Assembly: GCA_037443185.1 (NCBI GenBank)
Contig: JBBIOV010000003.1
Span: 5,458 to 69,457, forward strand
DNA: 64,000 bases
Origin: a bacterium
GTDB lineage: Bacteria > Patescibacteriota > Minisyncoccia > 2-01-FULL-47-10 > JBBIMT01
Reading direction: 5' to 3'
A program made the position numbers and the translations under genes. Shown in pieces: positions 41,439 to 50,693 of the stretch (position 1 is the first letter of the stretch; each line of letters opens with the position of its first letter). Below the pieces are notes generated by a model that was not told where the DNA came from, ran no database searches, and saw nothing but the letters and a program-made list of their open reading frames with translations.

Positions 41439-41902
41439 AACAAACTTACGCACTTAAGAATGTTATTTAAAAAGGAAAAAATTTTGATCCAAGTATTACT
41501 ACAAAGGTCGGATCTGCTTTAAAGACCCACCCTATTCATTTTTGGAAGTTTACTGGGTATAGACCAACCTTTAATAGTTAAAGTGAGTTGATTATAAAAT
41601 TTAATAAAATTAAACATCTTATTCTTTTTATAAAAGAGGTCAAAATGTAAAAACTCATTTTTCTTGGCGTGCAGTCTCTTTTTTGCATATTGGGAATATT
41701 ATTGATAATGTTTTTTGGCTTCATTTTTCTGGATATTCTAGCTAAATAAGAGAAGTACTCTGAGTTATTTTTTGGCGCCATAAAAGGGCAAATAAATATT
41801 TGTCCTTTTGTTATTTCAGAAATTATCTCTATTACATAATTTTTTTTGCTTCCAGAGTCCCTAATTCAAAAATTCAAAGAAAACAGGACAATAATAAATA
41901 AT

Positions 41903-42187
41903 TTAAAATAAATTATTACCCACAATTTCTTCCTCTGTTTGTTTTTTTATTTTTTGAGTGTTGGATTTTAAGTCTTCGGAGTTTTTTTGGTTGATGCCAA
42001 ATTTTTTCTTTATTTCAATTATTTTATTCTCGGTTTCTTTTAATCTCTCTCTACAAAGACGCGCAAGTTCCAACCCTCTTTCGAATTTTTTTAGCCCTTC
42101 TTCTAAATCAATTTCTCCAGCTTCAAATTCAGCTGTTATTTTTCTTAATTCTTCAAATGCTTTTTTAAAACTAAAATCTTTTTTCAT
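41903..42187 (-). CDS. xseB: Exodeoxyribonuclease VII small subunit
   Basis: FEELRKITAEFEAGEIDLEEGLKKFERGLELARLCRERLKE is canonical XseB. It lies immediately downstream of xseA. Confidence 0.75.
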   Translation of the reverse strand: MKKDFSFKKAFEELRKITAEFEAGEIDLEEGLKKFERGLELARLCRERLKETENKIIEIKKKFGINQKNSEDLKSNTQKIKKQTEEEIVGNNLF

Positions 42188-42203
42188 AAAAAATAAAAAC
42201 AAT

Positions 42204-43466
42204 TTAATAATTTATATTAATCACCGATGATTCTATGGATCCGTCTTTCATTGTTAAATTTAAAAGCTGATCCTTTTTTACATCTTTGACGCTTTTTAAT
42301 ATTTTATTGGTTTTCTTATCTTTGACAATAGCATAGCCTCTGTTTAAAATTTTTAAAGGATTAAAACTTTCAAGCAATCTTTCTTCATAATTTAAGTCAT
42401 CTTTTATTTTACTCATCATCGCCCCAAAAACTTTATTGAAATATTCAACATCTTTTTTAAAATCTATTTTTAATTTTAAAAAGAATTCATTAAAGTTTAA
42501 AAAACGCGTCGATAACAAATTAGATATTCCTTCCAGCGCTGTTTTTTTGTCTTTAACGAAATGAGTGCTTTGGAGAAAAAATTTCTCTATTAAAAAATTT
42601 TTCTCTTTTATTATTTCTTCGAAATAATTTTGAATTTTGTTTTCAATATTTTGGATTTCAAATTCTATTTCTTCGCGTGAACGCACCAAAATCTCAGCAG
42701 CATTAGATGGAGTAGAAGCGCGCACATCAGCGGTATAATCGGCTAAAGTTTCATCTCTTTCATGACCAACGCCTACTAAAACTGGCACTCGCGAACCAAA
42801 AATCGCAAAAGCCACCTCTTCTGAATTAAAAGCTTGTAAATCTTCTAAAGATCCTCCGCCACGAATAAGCACCACAACATCTAAATTTAAATTTGAAGCA
42901 TTTTCGTTGAAATATTGAAAAGCGCCAACAATTTCGTCAATAGCTTCAATGCCCTGAACATGTACATGAGCTAAATATATTTTAAGTCCTCCTTGACGAT
43001 GGCGCAGGACTTTAATGAAATCTGAATAAGCCGCTGATTCTTTAGAGGTAATTAAACCAATATTTTCTGGAAATTCTGGAAGTGGCCTTTTTCTCTCTTT
43101 GGCAAATAATCCATGTGCTTGCAATTTTGCTTTGGTTAATTCAAAGGCTCTTTTAAGCGCCCCTTCCCCAGATGGTTCAATCTTATAAACCCTTATTCTG
43201 AAGCGACCTGATCTTTTATGAACTCCTGGAACGCCATAAATTACAACCTTCATTCCTACTTCAACTGCTACTTTCATCTCAAAAACAGGCATGAAACATT
43301 CCACAACAGCTTCTTGATCTTTCAGTGAAAAAAAAGCCCATTTTGAATGGCTTATATTAAACTGTGAAATTTCTCCTTCAATAAATGCGTCGATTTGAGA
43401 TAGCGACGCATTTGCCAGTTCTATAAATTCAGAAACTGATAGCGGTTTTTGACTGTTAAAATCCAC
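42204..43466 (-). CDS. xseA: Exodeoxyribonuclease VII large subunit
   Basis: An N-terminal OB fold (..FIEGEISQFNISHSKWAFFSLKDQEAVVECFM) and the catalytic core ..VVLIRGGGSLEDLQAFNSEEVAFAIF.. Confidence 0.85.
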   Translation of the reverse strand: MDFNSQKPLSVSEFIELANASLSQIDAFIEGEISQFNISHSKWAFFSLKDQEAVVECFMPVFEMKVAVEVGMKVVIYGVPGVHKRSGRFRIRVYKIEPSGEGALKRAFELTKAKLQAHGLFAKERKRPLPEFPENIGLITSKESAAYSDFIKVLRHRQGGLKIYLAHVHVQGIEAIDEIVGAFQYFNENASNLNLDVVVLIRGGGSLEDLQAFNSEEVAFAIFGSRVPVLVGVGHERDETLADYTADVRASTPSNAAEILVRSREEIEFEIQNIENKIQNYFEEIIKEKNFLIEKFFLQSTHFVKDKKTALEGISNLLSTRFLNFNEFFLKLKIDFKKDVEYFNKVFGAMMSKIKDDLNYEERLLESFNPLKILNRGYAIVKDKKTNKILKSVKDVKKDQLLNLTMKDGSIESSVININY

Positions 43467-43584
43467 GATTGATTATAATGAGTTATTATTTGCAGAGGTA
43501 GTAGCGATTTTTTTAATATTTTAATATGAGTAATAAAAATTTTTCATTGAAAAAATTATTTAAATTAATTTTTGCATAAAACAA

Positions 43585-43779
43585 TTATATACCTCTTCTA
43601 CCAAAAGGCACACCGCGTTTTTTGCCACCGCCAAAAAATTGCCTTTTTAGTTGTCTTTTTAAAAACTCTTTTCCTTTATCTTTCTTTTTCCAAAAAGGAA
43701 TATTACTCTGAGCGTCTTGATCAGTTTTTGTTTTAACTGTTTCATCTTGATTTTTGTTTTCTTTTTTCTCTTTTACCAT
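43585..43779 (-). CDS. Small highly basic hypothetical protein
   Basis: 64-aa K/R-rich ORF. It may be spurious. Confidence 0.2.
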   Translation of the reverse strand: MVKEKKENKNQDETVKTKTDQDAQSNIPFWKKKDKGKEFLKRQLKRQFFGGGKKRGVPFGRRGI

Positions 43780-44037
43780 ATTCTCTTATCTGGGGGGGTA
43801 GATATCCCGTTTTTTAATTGTGCGATAAACAACTTGAAAAGGCAATTTTAGTAAATGCCAAAATGTATACCAAATATCAAGAAAATTTTCTATAAATTTA
43901 ATCATATTTTTAAATTCCTACTTTCAAGGTTTGACTTTGTGCCTTCGACTTTGTACCTTCAAGGTCCGACCTTGATTCTTGATTAAAGAATATATTTTCA
44001 TTTTAATATATTTTTTTAAAAAAAGAAGGGGGTAAGA

Positions 44038-44126
44038 GTTTAAAAGTTCTCTTACCCCCAAAGCCCTATGCGACAAGGGGAGATATATGGGAAGAAACGA
44101 GTGGAGTTGAAATAGCGCATAGGGCT
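44038..44126. terminator. Two adjacent GC-rich hairpins. The first is a strong bidirectional terminator downstream of the rlpA-like gene.
   Basis: gggggtaagag-(10 nt)-ctcttaccccc is a perfect 11-bp stem flanked by A and T runs. It is followed by agccctatgcg-(33 nt)-cgcatagggct, another 11-bp stem. Confidence 0.5.
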
Positions 44127-44132
44127 TATTAC

Positions 44133-44648
44133 TCATCCTCCTATAGAAATGTTAGAAATTTTGAGCTTGGTAATGCCCTTATTGCGAAAACCCAAAATTT
44201 CAGCCGCTGCTTCCGAAAGATCGAAGTCTCTTCCGGAAACATATGGTCCTCGATCCTTGATAACAACCGAAATGCTGACACCTTCAGAGTTTGTTAGTTT
44301 TACGATTGTTCCAAGAGGTAAACATTTATGAGCCGCAATCATTGGATTAAATCGATTAAACGGCTCACCGTTTGCCATAGGTAGACCTTGAAAAGACGCA
44401 CCATACCAACTTGCAACAGCAATTCCTGTGGTATAAGGACGGATCTTCAAAATCTGACCTATGTAAATCAGATTAGGGTTTTTAATCTTGTTTAACGAAA
44501 CAATATCTTTTATTGAAGTTCCGAAACAGCGAGCAATTGACCAAAGCGTATCGCCCTTTTTGATTTTGTAACTTACGAGTCCATCTGACCCAAAGACCAA
44601 AAAACATAAAGAGAGACAGACAACGACAAAAAGAACTACAAATCTCAT
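44133..44648 (-). CDS. LysM + RlpA-like (DPBB) lytic transglycosylase family protein
   Basis: Signal peptide, a LysM domain (YKIKKGDTLWSIARCFGTSIKDIVSLN.IKNPNLIYIGQILKI), then the RlpA barrel (ASWYGASFQG..MANGEPFN....AAHKCLPLGTIVKLTN..NGVSISVVIKDRGPYVSGRDFDLSEAAAEILG). The gene is GC-rich (~43-48%). Confidence 0.7.
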   Translation of the reverse strand: MRFVVLFVVVCLSLCFLVFGSDGLVSYKIKKGDTLWSIARCFGTSIKDIVSLNKIKNPNLIYIGQILKIRPYTTGIAVASWYGASFQGLPMANGEPFNRFNPMIAAHKCLPLGTIVKLTNSEGVSISVVIKDRGPYVSGRDFDLSEAAAEILGFRNKGITKLKISNISIGG

Positions 44649-44796
44649 TGACTCCCTCCTTTTATTCGCTTACTTAAGCCAAAAATTTAAAGTACCAACC
44701 TCTTTATTTTTCTTTAATATAACATAAAATTATTTTTAAGTCAATAATCTTAAATTTGGCAAATGCCTTGAAATTGGTTTTTGCAAAATTAAGCTG

Positions 44797-45164
44797 TGGA
44801 CGCGGAGGGAATCGAACCCTCGTGAGAATAAAACTTCTACAAAGGTTTAGCAGGTTTAGTTGATTTTTAATCTCGCTTTAACAGTAAAAAATCAACAAAA
44901 TCTGCTAAAGCAAAGTCAAGTTTGACTTGACGACAGATCTAAGAATTTCGGAAAAAGACAAGATCAGTTTCTTTTTCCTATCCCCGTCCCTACTTTATTT
45001 TCTCTACGGAGACTTGAGAAAATAAAGCCTCGGTTCTTAAGCGAACGCGAAGGAAGGTGCAAAGGTGTTCACACTTTTTTTGCTAAATTTTTTTAACGAA
45101 GCCTTTAGCCGCTCCGACCTGCCCGATTGTAAAAGATCTATCCTTCAAATCCAAGAACGCGCCC
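44797..45164 (-). ncRNA. ssrA: tmRNA (ssrA), ~368 nt
   Basis: The minus-strand RNA begins GGGCGCGUUCUUGGAUUUGAAGG (tRNA-like 5' end) and ends ..CGAGGGUUCGAUUCCCUCCGCGUCCA (T-arm GAGGG-UUCGAUU-CCCUC plus acceptor). The 5' GGGCGCG pairs with the 3' CGCGUCC. An internal tag-like frame ..AAA AAA AGU GUG AAC ACC UUU GCA CCU UCC UUC GCG UUC GCU UAA reads ..KKSVNTFAPSFAFA*. It lies immediately downstream of smpB. Confidence 0.8.
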
Positions 45165-45183
45165 GAGATATTTCTGATATTTC

Positions 45184-45669
45184 TTAAAAACTTTTTAACT
45201 TCTCTATTCTTCTTTTCATTTCTCTTTCTTTTATTTTTTCTCTTTTATCAATTTTCTTTAAATGTTTAGCGACAGCAAATTCAAGTTTGATTAGATTATT
45301 TTTATTATATAATTTAAGCGGAAGCAAAATCAATCCTTTTTCTTTTTGTTTTCCTTGTAAATAAGAAATTTCTTTTTTATTTAATAAAAGTTCTATTGGT
45401 CTATTGGGGCTCAGATCTTGAGGGGTATTTTTTGGTTGGTATAAACCAATCGAAGCTCCACGAAGAAAAGCTCTTTTATTTTCAACTTTTACTATCGCTC
45501 CTGGCAAAGATACCTTTCCAGTTTTTATTGCTTTTACTTCAACCCCAAAAAGCTTCAATCCAGCGTTGAATTTTTCTTTTATATCGTAATGAAAAGAAAC
45601 TCCTTTATTTTGGGCATATATTTTTCCATTCATTTCTTTTATTTTATCATAAATTCGATATTTTGACAA
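45184..45669 (-). CDS. smpB: SsrA-binding protein SmpB
   Basis: ..IYAQNKGVSFHYDIKEKFNAGLKLFGVEVKAIKTGKVSL..AIVKVEN.RAFLRGASI and a C-terminal basic tail IKEREMKRRIEKL, as in SmpB. Confidence 0.85.
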   Translation of the reverse strand: MSKYRIYDKIKEMNGKIYAQNKGVSFHYDIKEKFNAGLKLFGVEVKAIKTGKVSLPGAIVKVENKRAFLRGASIGLYQPKNTPQDLSPNRPIELLLNKKEISYLQGKQKEKGLILLPLKLYNKNNLIKLEFAVAKHLKKIDKREKIKEREMKRRIEKLKSF

Positions 45670-45689
45670 TATTAGGTATAAAATTCTTT

Positions 45690-46862
45690 TTAATTCAGGA
45701 GTACATTTTGATAGATCTTTAAAGTTTCGTTTGCCATTTTTTTCCAGCTATATCTTTTTAATATCTCATTGCCTTTAATTAAAAGTTTTTTTTGAAGCTT
45801 TGAATCACTAAGCAGACGAAAAATTTTTTCTGACATATCTTCAATATCGTATGGATTAAAAAACAACGCTCCTTCTTGGAGTACCTCCGGCATTGGACCT
45901 ACTTTGGAGACAACAGAAGGCGTTCCTTGACTGAACGCTTCAAGGGGAGTTAATCCAAATCCTTCATAAAACGATGGCAAAATATATGCATCGGCTCCTC
46001 TATAAACAAGATTTAATTTTTTTCCAGTAATTAATCCAGTCAAAAAAACTTCTTTTTCTAATTTAAGTTTTTTGATTAAAATTTTCACTTCTGGGTAGTA
46101 TGGATCTTCTTCTCCGCAGATGACAAGATGATGAGGGATTTGTTTTTTAATTTTTAATAAATGGAAAGCCCTGATAAGGCCAGTAAGATTTTTATGACTT
46201 CTCCAAACGCCAACATACAATATGTAAGGAAAACTAAAATTTAAAAAAAATTTTTCCTTTAACTTTTCTTTTGCTTCTTTTTTCTTTTTTTCTATATTGT
46301 TTATAAAATAGTCTCTCTGTGATTTTGGGGGTTTATTTTTTATTCCTTCATATATGACAAAAATTTTTTCTGGATCAATGGAAAAATATTTTAAAATATC
46401 ATTTTTAGTAAATTGCGAAGGAGTGATAATGGCTTGGGAGCGCTGAACAACATGTTTTAAAACTGCTTTGTAAGCTATTTTTCTTAAAATATTTCCTCCC
46501 ATTTTATGACCGGGCCAAAACATTGGCGTTAAATCATGAATCGTTACAATAAATTTTTTCATATAAAGAATCGGCGCGTTAAAATGGGTGAAATGCATCA
46601 AATCTAACTTGGCATTATATAAGGGCAAAGGCAAAATAAACTGTTCTTTGAAAGAATACCAAGGCGCATCAACATAATGGATTTCGATATTTAAATTGGA
46701 GGATTTTATTTTATTAGCCGTTGCTTGAGCATTACGCAGAAAAAATAAATGGTAATTGTTACTATGCTTAAATTTTATTAAGTGTTTAATCAAATATTGA
46801 ATATAGGTTCCAATGCCTGTTTGGCGTGGCCCATATAATCGACAATCAATTCCGATACGCAT
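45690..46862 (-). CDS. Glycosyltransferase family 4
   Basis: MRIGIDCRLYGPRQTGIGTYIQ and C-terminal ..LPSFYEGFGLTPLEAFSQGTPSVVS.. (EX7E region). Confidence 0.7.
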   Translation of the reverse strand: MRIGIDCRLYGPRQTGIGTYIQYLIKHLIKFKHSNNYHLFFLRNAQATANKIKSSNLNIEIHYVDAPWYSFKEQFILPLPLYNAKLDLMHFTHFNAPILYMKKFIVTIHDLTPMFWPGHKMGGNILRKIAYKAVLKHVVQRSQAIITPSQFTKNDILKYFSIDPEKIFVIYEGIKNKPPKSQRDYFINNIEKKKKEAKEKLKEKFFLNFSFPYILYVGVWRSHKNLTGLIRAFHLLKIKKQIPHHLVICGEEDPYYPEVKILIKKLKLEKEVFLTGLITGKKLNLVYRGADAYILPSFYEGFGLTPLEAFSQGTPSVVSKVGPMPEVLQEGALFFNPYDIEDMSEKIFRLLSDSKLQKKLLIKGNEILKRYSWKKMANETLKIYQNVLLN

Positions 46863-47108
46863 AATATAAAATTTTCGGCTAAATTTCTTTAAATGTCAAT
46901 GAATTTAAAAATTAAATCTATAGTTGATGATATATTGAAATTAAAAGATAATTGTTGTGAGTACTAAATTTAATAAATATAAGTGCGCCATTGACATAAA
47001 AATAAAATAAAAAATCAACAAAGCTGATTGAAAATTGTCAAGCTGCGTTAAAAACTTAAGGCACATAAAAAAGTTAAAAGATAAAGTAAATGATACTTAA
47101 AATAAAAT

Positions 47109-48455
47109 TTATATAGCCCCTATTTTATTTTTTAAATATTTTTTAACAATTTCTTTTTCATTCCATAAGATAAATTTACCTTTTTCAAAAACCATTGTCG
47201 CTTCCGTTCCTTTACCCAAAAGTAAAACAATATCATTTTTTTTAGCTATTTCAATTGCTTTTTTTATCGCTAATTCTCTATCTAAAATTTCAAATATCCG
47301 ACATTCCTTAATTCTTGAATCATAATCATTAATTCCGGATTTTATTTCCAGTAAAATCTGTTGAGGGTCATCATCGTAAGGATCTTCATTAGTTAAAATA
47401 ATATAATCTGAATTTTGTCCAGCGATTTTTCCCATAACAGGACGTTTCCACTTGTCTCTGCTTCCGCCCGCTGCGCCAAAAAGTGTAATAATTTTTGCGT
47501 CAGGTGTTTTTAATTTTTTTACCGATTCGAAAACCGCTTTAAATGAATCTGGCGTGTGAGCTAAATCTATTATCACTTTAAAATCTTGTCCCTGGTTAAT
47601 GAATTCCATTCTGCCAGGGAGGTTTTTAATTTTTTCTAATGCTTTTTTAATAGTGTCAATTTTTATGCCAAAGGCTAAAGCGGCTGTTCCGGCTGCTGAA
47701 GCATTGGATGCATTAAATGCTCCAATAAGATTTAAATTTATTTCTTTAAAAGATTTTTTATAATTGAAAATAAATTTTGTCGTCTTTGCATCGCTATTGA
47801 TAATTTTATAATATACTTCATTAACACTACTATCGGATTGAATTTTGTGATTATTTTTAATTTTTTTAAAAACCCATTTTTGGACACAATCAAATGCTAA
47901 AAAATCTTTAGCGTTTTCATCATCGCCATTGACGATAATAATTCCGTTTTTTCGATTTTTAGAGACAGCTTCAAATAACTTCATTTTGGCTCGTTTATAA
48001 TTTTCAAAACCGCCATGGGCTTCAATATGTTCAGGTTGTAAGTTTGTTAATATTGCGGCTTTAAAATAAATTCCGAGATGACGATATTGTTTTATGCCTT
48101 CGCTTGTGACTTCTAAAATTGCAAATTGGACTTTATTTTTTAACATTTTTTTCAAAATCTTTTGGATAATAAAAGGACTTGCCATCGTCATATGAAAAGG
48201 ATTTGGCATTTCTTTTTTTCCGTCATAAAAACTCATAGATGAGGACCAGCCGACTTTAAAACCAGCTTCCTGGAAAATTTTCCCAAGCATATATACCGAA
48301 GTTGACTTGCCTTTTGTGCCGGTTATGCCAATCACTGTTAAATGTTTTGAAGGAAAACCATAAAAAAAAGTAGCTAAATAAGCTTTAAAAATATAGAAAA
48401 TATTGATAATCATCGGTGGCGTAAATTTTTTGACAATTTTTTTAATCAATCTCAT
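47109..48455 (-). CDS. Mur ligase family protein (MurE/MurF-like) with an N-terminal hydrophobic segment
   Basis: P-loop VIGITGTKGKSTS, the central LTNLQPEHIEAHGGFENYKRAKMKLF, and a C-terminal ..IIDLAHTPDSF...LFGAAGGSRDKWKRPVMGKIA....ILTNEDPYDDDP typical of MurE/MurF. Confidence 0.55.
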   Translation of the reverse strand: MRLIKKIVKKFTPPMIINIFYIFKAYLATFFYGFPSKHLTVIGITGTKGKSTSVYMLGKIFQEAGFKVGWSSSMSFYDGKKEMPNPFHMTMASPFIIQKILKKMLKNKVQFAILEVTSEGIKQYRHLGIYFKAAILTNLQPEHIEAHGGFENYKRAKMKLFEAVSKNRKNGIIIVNGDDENAKDFLAFDCVQKWVFKKIKNNHKIQSDSSVNEVYYKIINSDAKTTKFIFNYKKSFKEINLNLIGAFNASNASAAGTAALAFGIKIDTIKKALEKIKNLPGRMEFINQGQDFKVIIDLAHTPDSFKAVFESVKKLKTPDAKIITLFGAAGGSRDKWKRPVMGKIAGQNSDYIILTNEDPYDDDPQQILLEIKSGINDYDSRIKECRIFEILDRELAIKKAIEIAKKNDIVLLLGKGTEATMVFEKGKFILWNEKEIVKKYLKNKIGAI

Positions 48456-48600
48456 AAAAGAAAGCTTTCAGCTGTAAAATTTGAAAATTGTTATAATGTT
48501 TAGTTGTCATTTCTTCAGTGAGCCTAAATCTAAAGTAGTTTAAGAATTTAAATTTCAGCAAAAAATCAATCCGAAATTCTTCATTTATATTTTTTTAAAT

Positions 48601-49056
48601 TCATAGTCCTTTTATAACTATTTTTCTTTTATTGCCATTTGAGTGTTTTAAATTGATTTTAATGACATTTAAATTTTTAAAATTAAAATTGTCCATTTTA
48701 TCAGCCCATTCAATTAAAATAATTGATTTTTTTTCTTTTAAAATATCTTTAAATCCAAGTTTCAATAAGTCTTTTACATTATTGAGACGGTATAAATCAA
48801 AATGATACAAAGTGCAATATTTAGTCTGAAATTTTTGATAAATAATAAATGTTGGACTAATAATTTGTTCTTCTTTTATTTTCAATGATTTAACAAATCC
48901 TTTTATAAAAGTTGTTTTTCCAGATCCTAAATCGCCAAAAAATAATAATATTAATGGCCCTGTTTCTTTGTTTTTTGTAAAAAAATCGCGACAAAAGAAT
49001 CCAAGCTTTGCTCCAATTAGCTTTGTTTTATGCTCTGAAGTTGTTGTAATTTCCAT
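48601..49056 (-). CDS. tsaE: tRNA threonylcarbamoyladenosine biosynthesis protein TsaE
   Basis: LFFGDLGSGKTTFIKGFVKSL...ISPTFIIYQKF......LYHFDLYRL is canonical TsaE/YjeE. Confidence 0.75.
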   Translation of the reverse strand: MEITTTSEHKTKLIGAKLGFFCRDFFTKNKETGPLILLFFGDLGSGKTTFIKGFVKSLKIKEEQIISPTFIIYQKFQTKYCTLYHFDLYRLNNVKDLLKLGFKDILKEKKSIILIEWADKMDNFNFKNLNVIKINLKHSNGNKRKIVIKGL

Positions 49057-49561
49057 TATGAAAAATTAAAATTATGAATCAAATTTTTATATTTAAAATA
49101 AAAAGCAAAAAAGATGGCAATGAAGCAAATAAAGTATATCAAATATCTTGACTTTTTAAAGTGCTTTATAGGCAACTTTTTAAATAATTGAAAACAAAAA
49201 ATAAGGGTTTGGCCTTTTTCTAAAATAATAAAAGACAAACTTTAATTTCGCTGATGATTGCTTCAAAATTAAAAGTACCTTAAAAATTTTACTTCATTAG
49301 CTTTTAATAATATTATTTCATCGATGCTAATAATTTAACTATTTTTGGCTAAATTTTTCAAAAGTTTTTTAAACATCTTTAAATTTATCTAATTTATTTA
49401 TATGCTCCTGCTTTAAGAATTACTAATGCTATATTGAATAAATGTTAAATACAAAATAAAAATGTCCTTTATCAAGATTGACTTAATAAATAAACTTTAT
49501 TAAACTTGAATGTTTCGATCTTTGATGTTTTATAAAAGTAAATTTTTTAAAATTAGCTGTT

Positions 49562-50677
49562 ATGATGGAAAATGCAATTAAACTAATTAAAGAGGCAAAA
49601 GAGATAGCTGTTTTTGGGGGGAAAAACTCCTTAGGAGATATATTTGGAGCTGTTTCAGTGCTGACCAATTTTTTAAAAAATATTCAGAAAAAATCTTACG
49701 GTGTTATTTTGCAAAATGATTTTCAAAAGCCCGATTTTTTGACTTTAAAAGAAGGAGTATTTTATTCTTTAGATAATGTGATACCTTATGTTATTTTGAT
49801 TGATAAAAATCAAATAGAAATTAGTGAAATAGCGTTTAATACTTCAGAAAATGAATATTTATTAGAGCTTTATTTACAAAAAGGATCTTTAACTTTAGAT
49901 TCGATTAAAATTTTTCAAAAAAAGTTTGCCCCGGACTTAATTATTACTGTTGGCGTTTCAGATAGGTCAGAGCTTATAGAATTTAAGCCGCAATTTTCAC
50001 AAGTTTTTTTTGATACCCCAATTATTAATATAGACAATAAAATAGAGAATACGCGCTATGGGCAGGTTAATTTAGTATATCTAACTAAAAGTACCAAGTG
50101 TGAAATAGTTTTTGAATTGTTGCGTCTTATTGATGAACTTTCAATGTCTCCAGCGCATTCGACAAATTTGCTCGGAGGTATAATGATGGAGACTAAAAAT
50201 TTCACATCTCCCAAAACTAATCCCTCTACTTTTGAAACTGCTGCTCGTTTGATTGAGCGTGGCGCGGATTATAAATTGATTATTGAAAAACTTTACCAAA
50301 CAAAATCATTTTCGGTCCTAAAGTTAACTGGTTTTTTGTTGTCAAAATTGACTATCTTAAAAGATTTGCCAATAAGCTATGCCACTATTTCTTTTTCGGA
50401 GTTGAATTTAAATGATTATTCATTGAAAGATTTGCCTTCTGCTATAGAAGAAATTGAAAATAATTTTTTACCAGGTTTTATAATTGCGGTTTTTTATGAA
50501 GGAGAAAATAAAATAATAAAAGTTTTAATTTACTGGACTGATAATACAAGAATAATGAAGATCTCCAAAATTTTCCAAAATAGTCTTTTAAAAAAGAATT
50601 TCCTTGTTTTTAATACTAAAGAAAATTTGAAGGAAAGCGCAGAAAAAGTCATCGCTCTTCTTAAAAAAGAATTATAA
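49562..50677 (+). CDS. DHH/DHHA1-family (NrnA-like) protein with a degenerate DHH motif
   Basis: N-terminal ..IAVFGGKNSLGDIFGAVSV.. and a C-terminal DHHA1-like GGIMMETKNFTSPKTNPSTFETAARLIERGAD. The canonical DHH is replaced (..ITVGVSDRSE..). Confidence 0.4.
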   Translation: MMENAIKLIKEAKEIAVFGGKNSLGDIFGAVSVLTNFLKNIQKKSYGVILQNDFQKPDFLTLKEGVFYSLDNVIPYVILIDKNQIEISEIAFNTSENEYLLELYLQKGSLTLDSIKIFQKKFAPDLIITVGVSDRSELIEFKPQFSQVFFDTPIINIDNKIENTRYGQVNLVYLTKSTKCEIVFELLRLIDELSMSPAHSTNLLGGIMMETKNFTSPKTNPSTFETAARLIERGADYKLIIEKLYQTKSFSVLKLTGFLLSKLTILKDLPISYATISFSELNLNDYSLKDLPSAIEEIENNFLPGFIIAVFYEGENKIIKVLIYWTDNTRIMKISKIFQNSLLKKNFLVFNTKENLKESAEKVIALLKKEL

Positions 50678-50693
50678 TGGTAAAATATTCATC

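Noticed and set aside
41578-41781. 67-aa minus-strand ORF in the 41440-41900 spacer.
   Set aside because: No homology, Lys/Asn-rich low-complexity sequence, and no RBS. It is probably non-coding remnant DNA.
43925-43990. caaggtccgaccttg resembles the AGGUCCGG of the SRP-RNA helix 8.
   Set aside because: No flanking GGAAG/AGCAG motif and no extended hairpin of SRP-RNA size. The resemblance is just part of the local mini-repeats.
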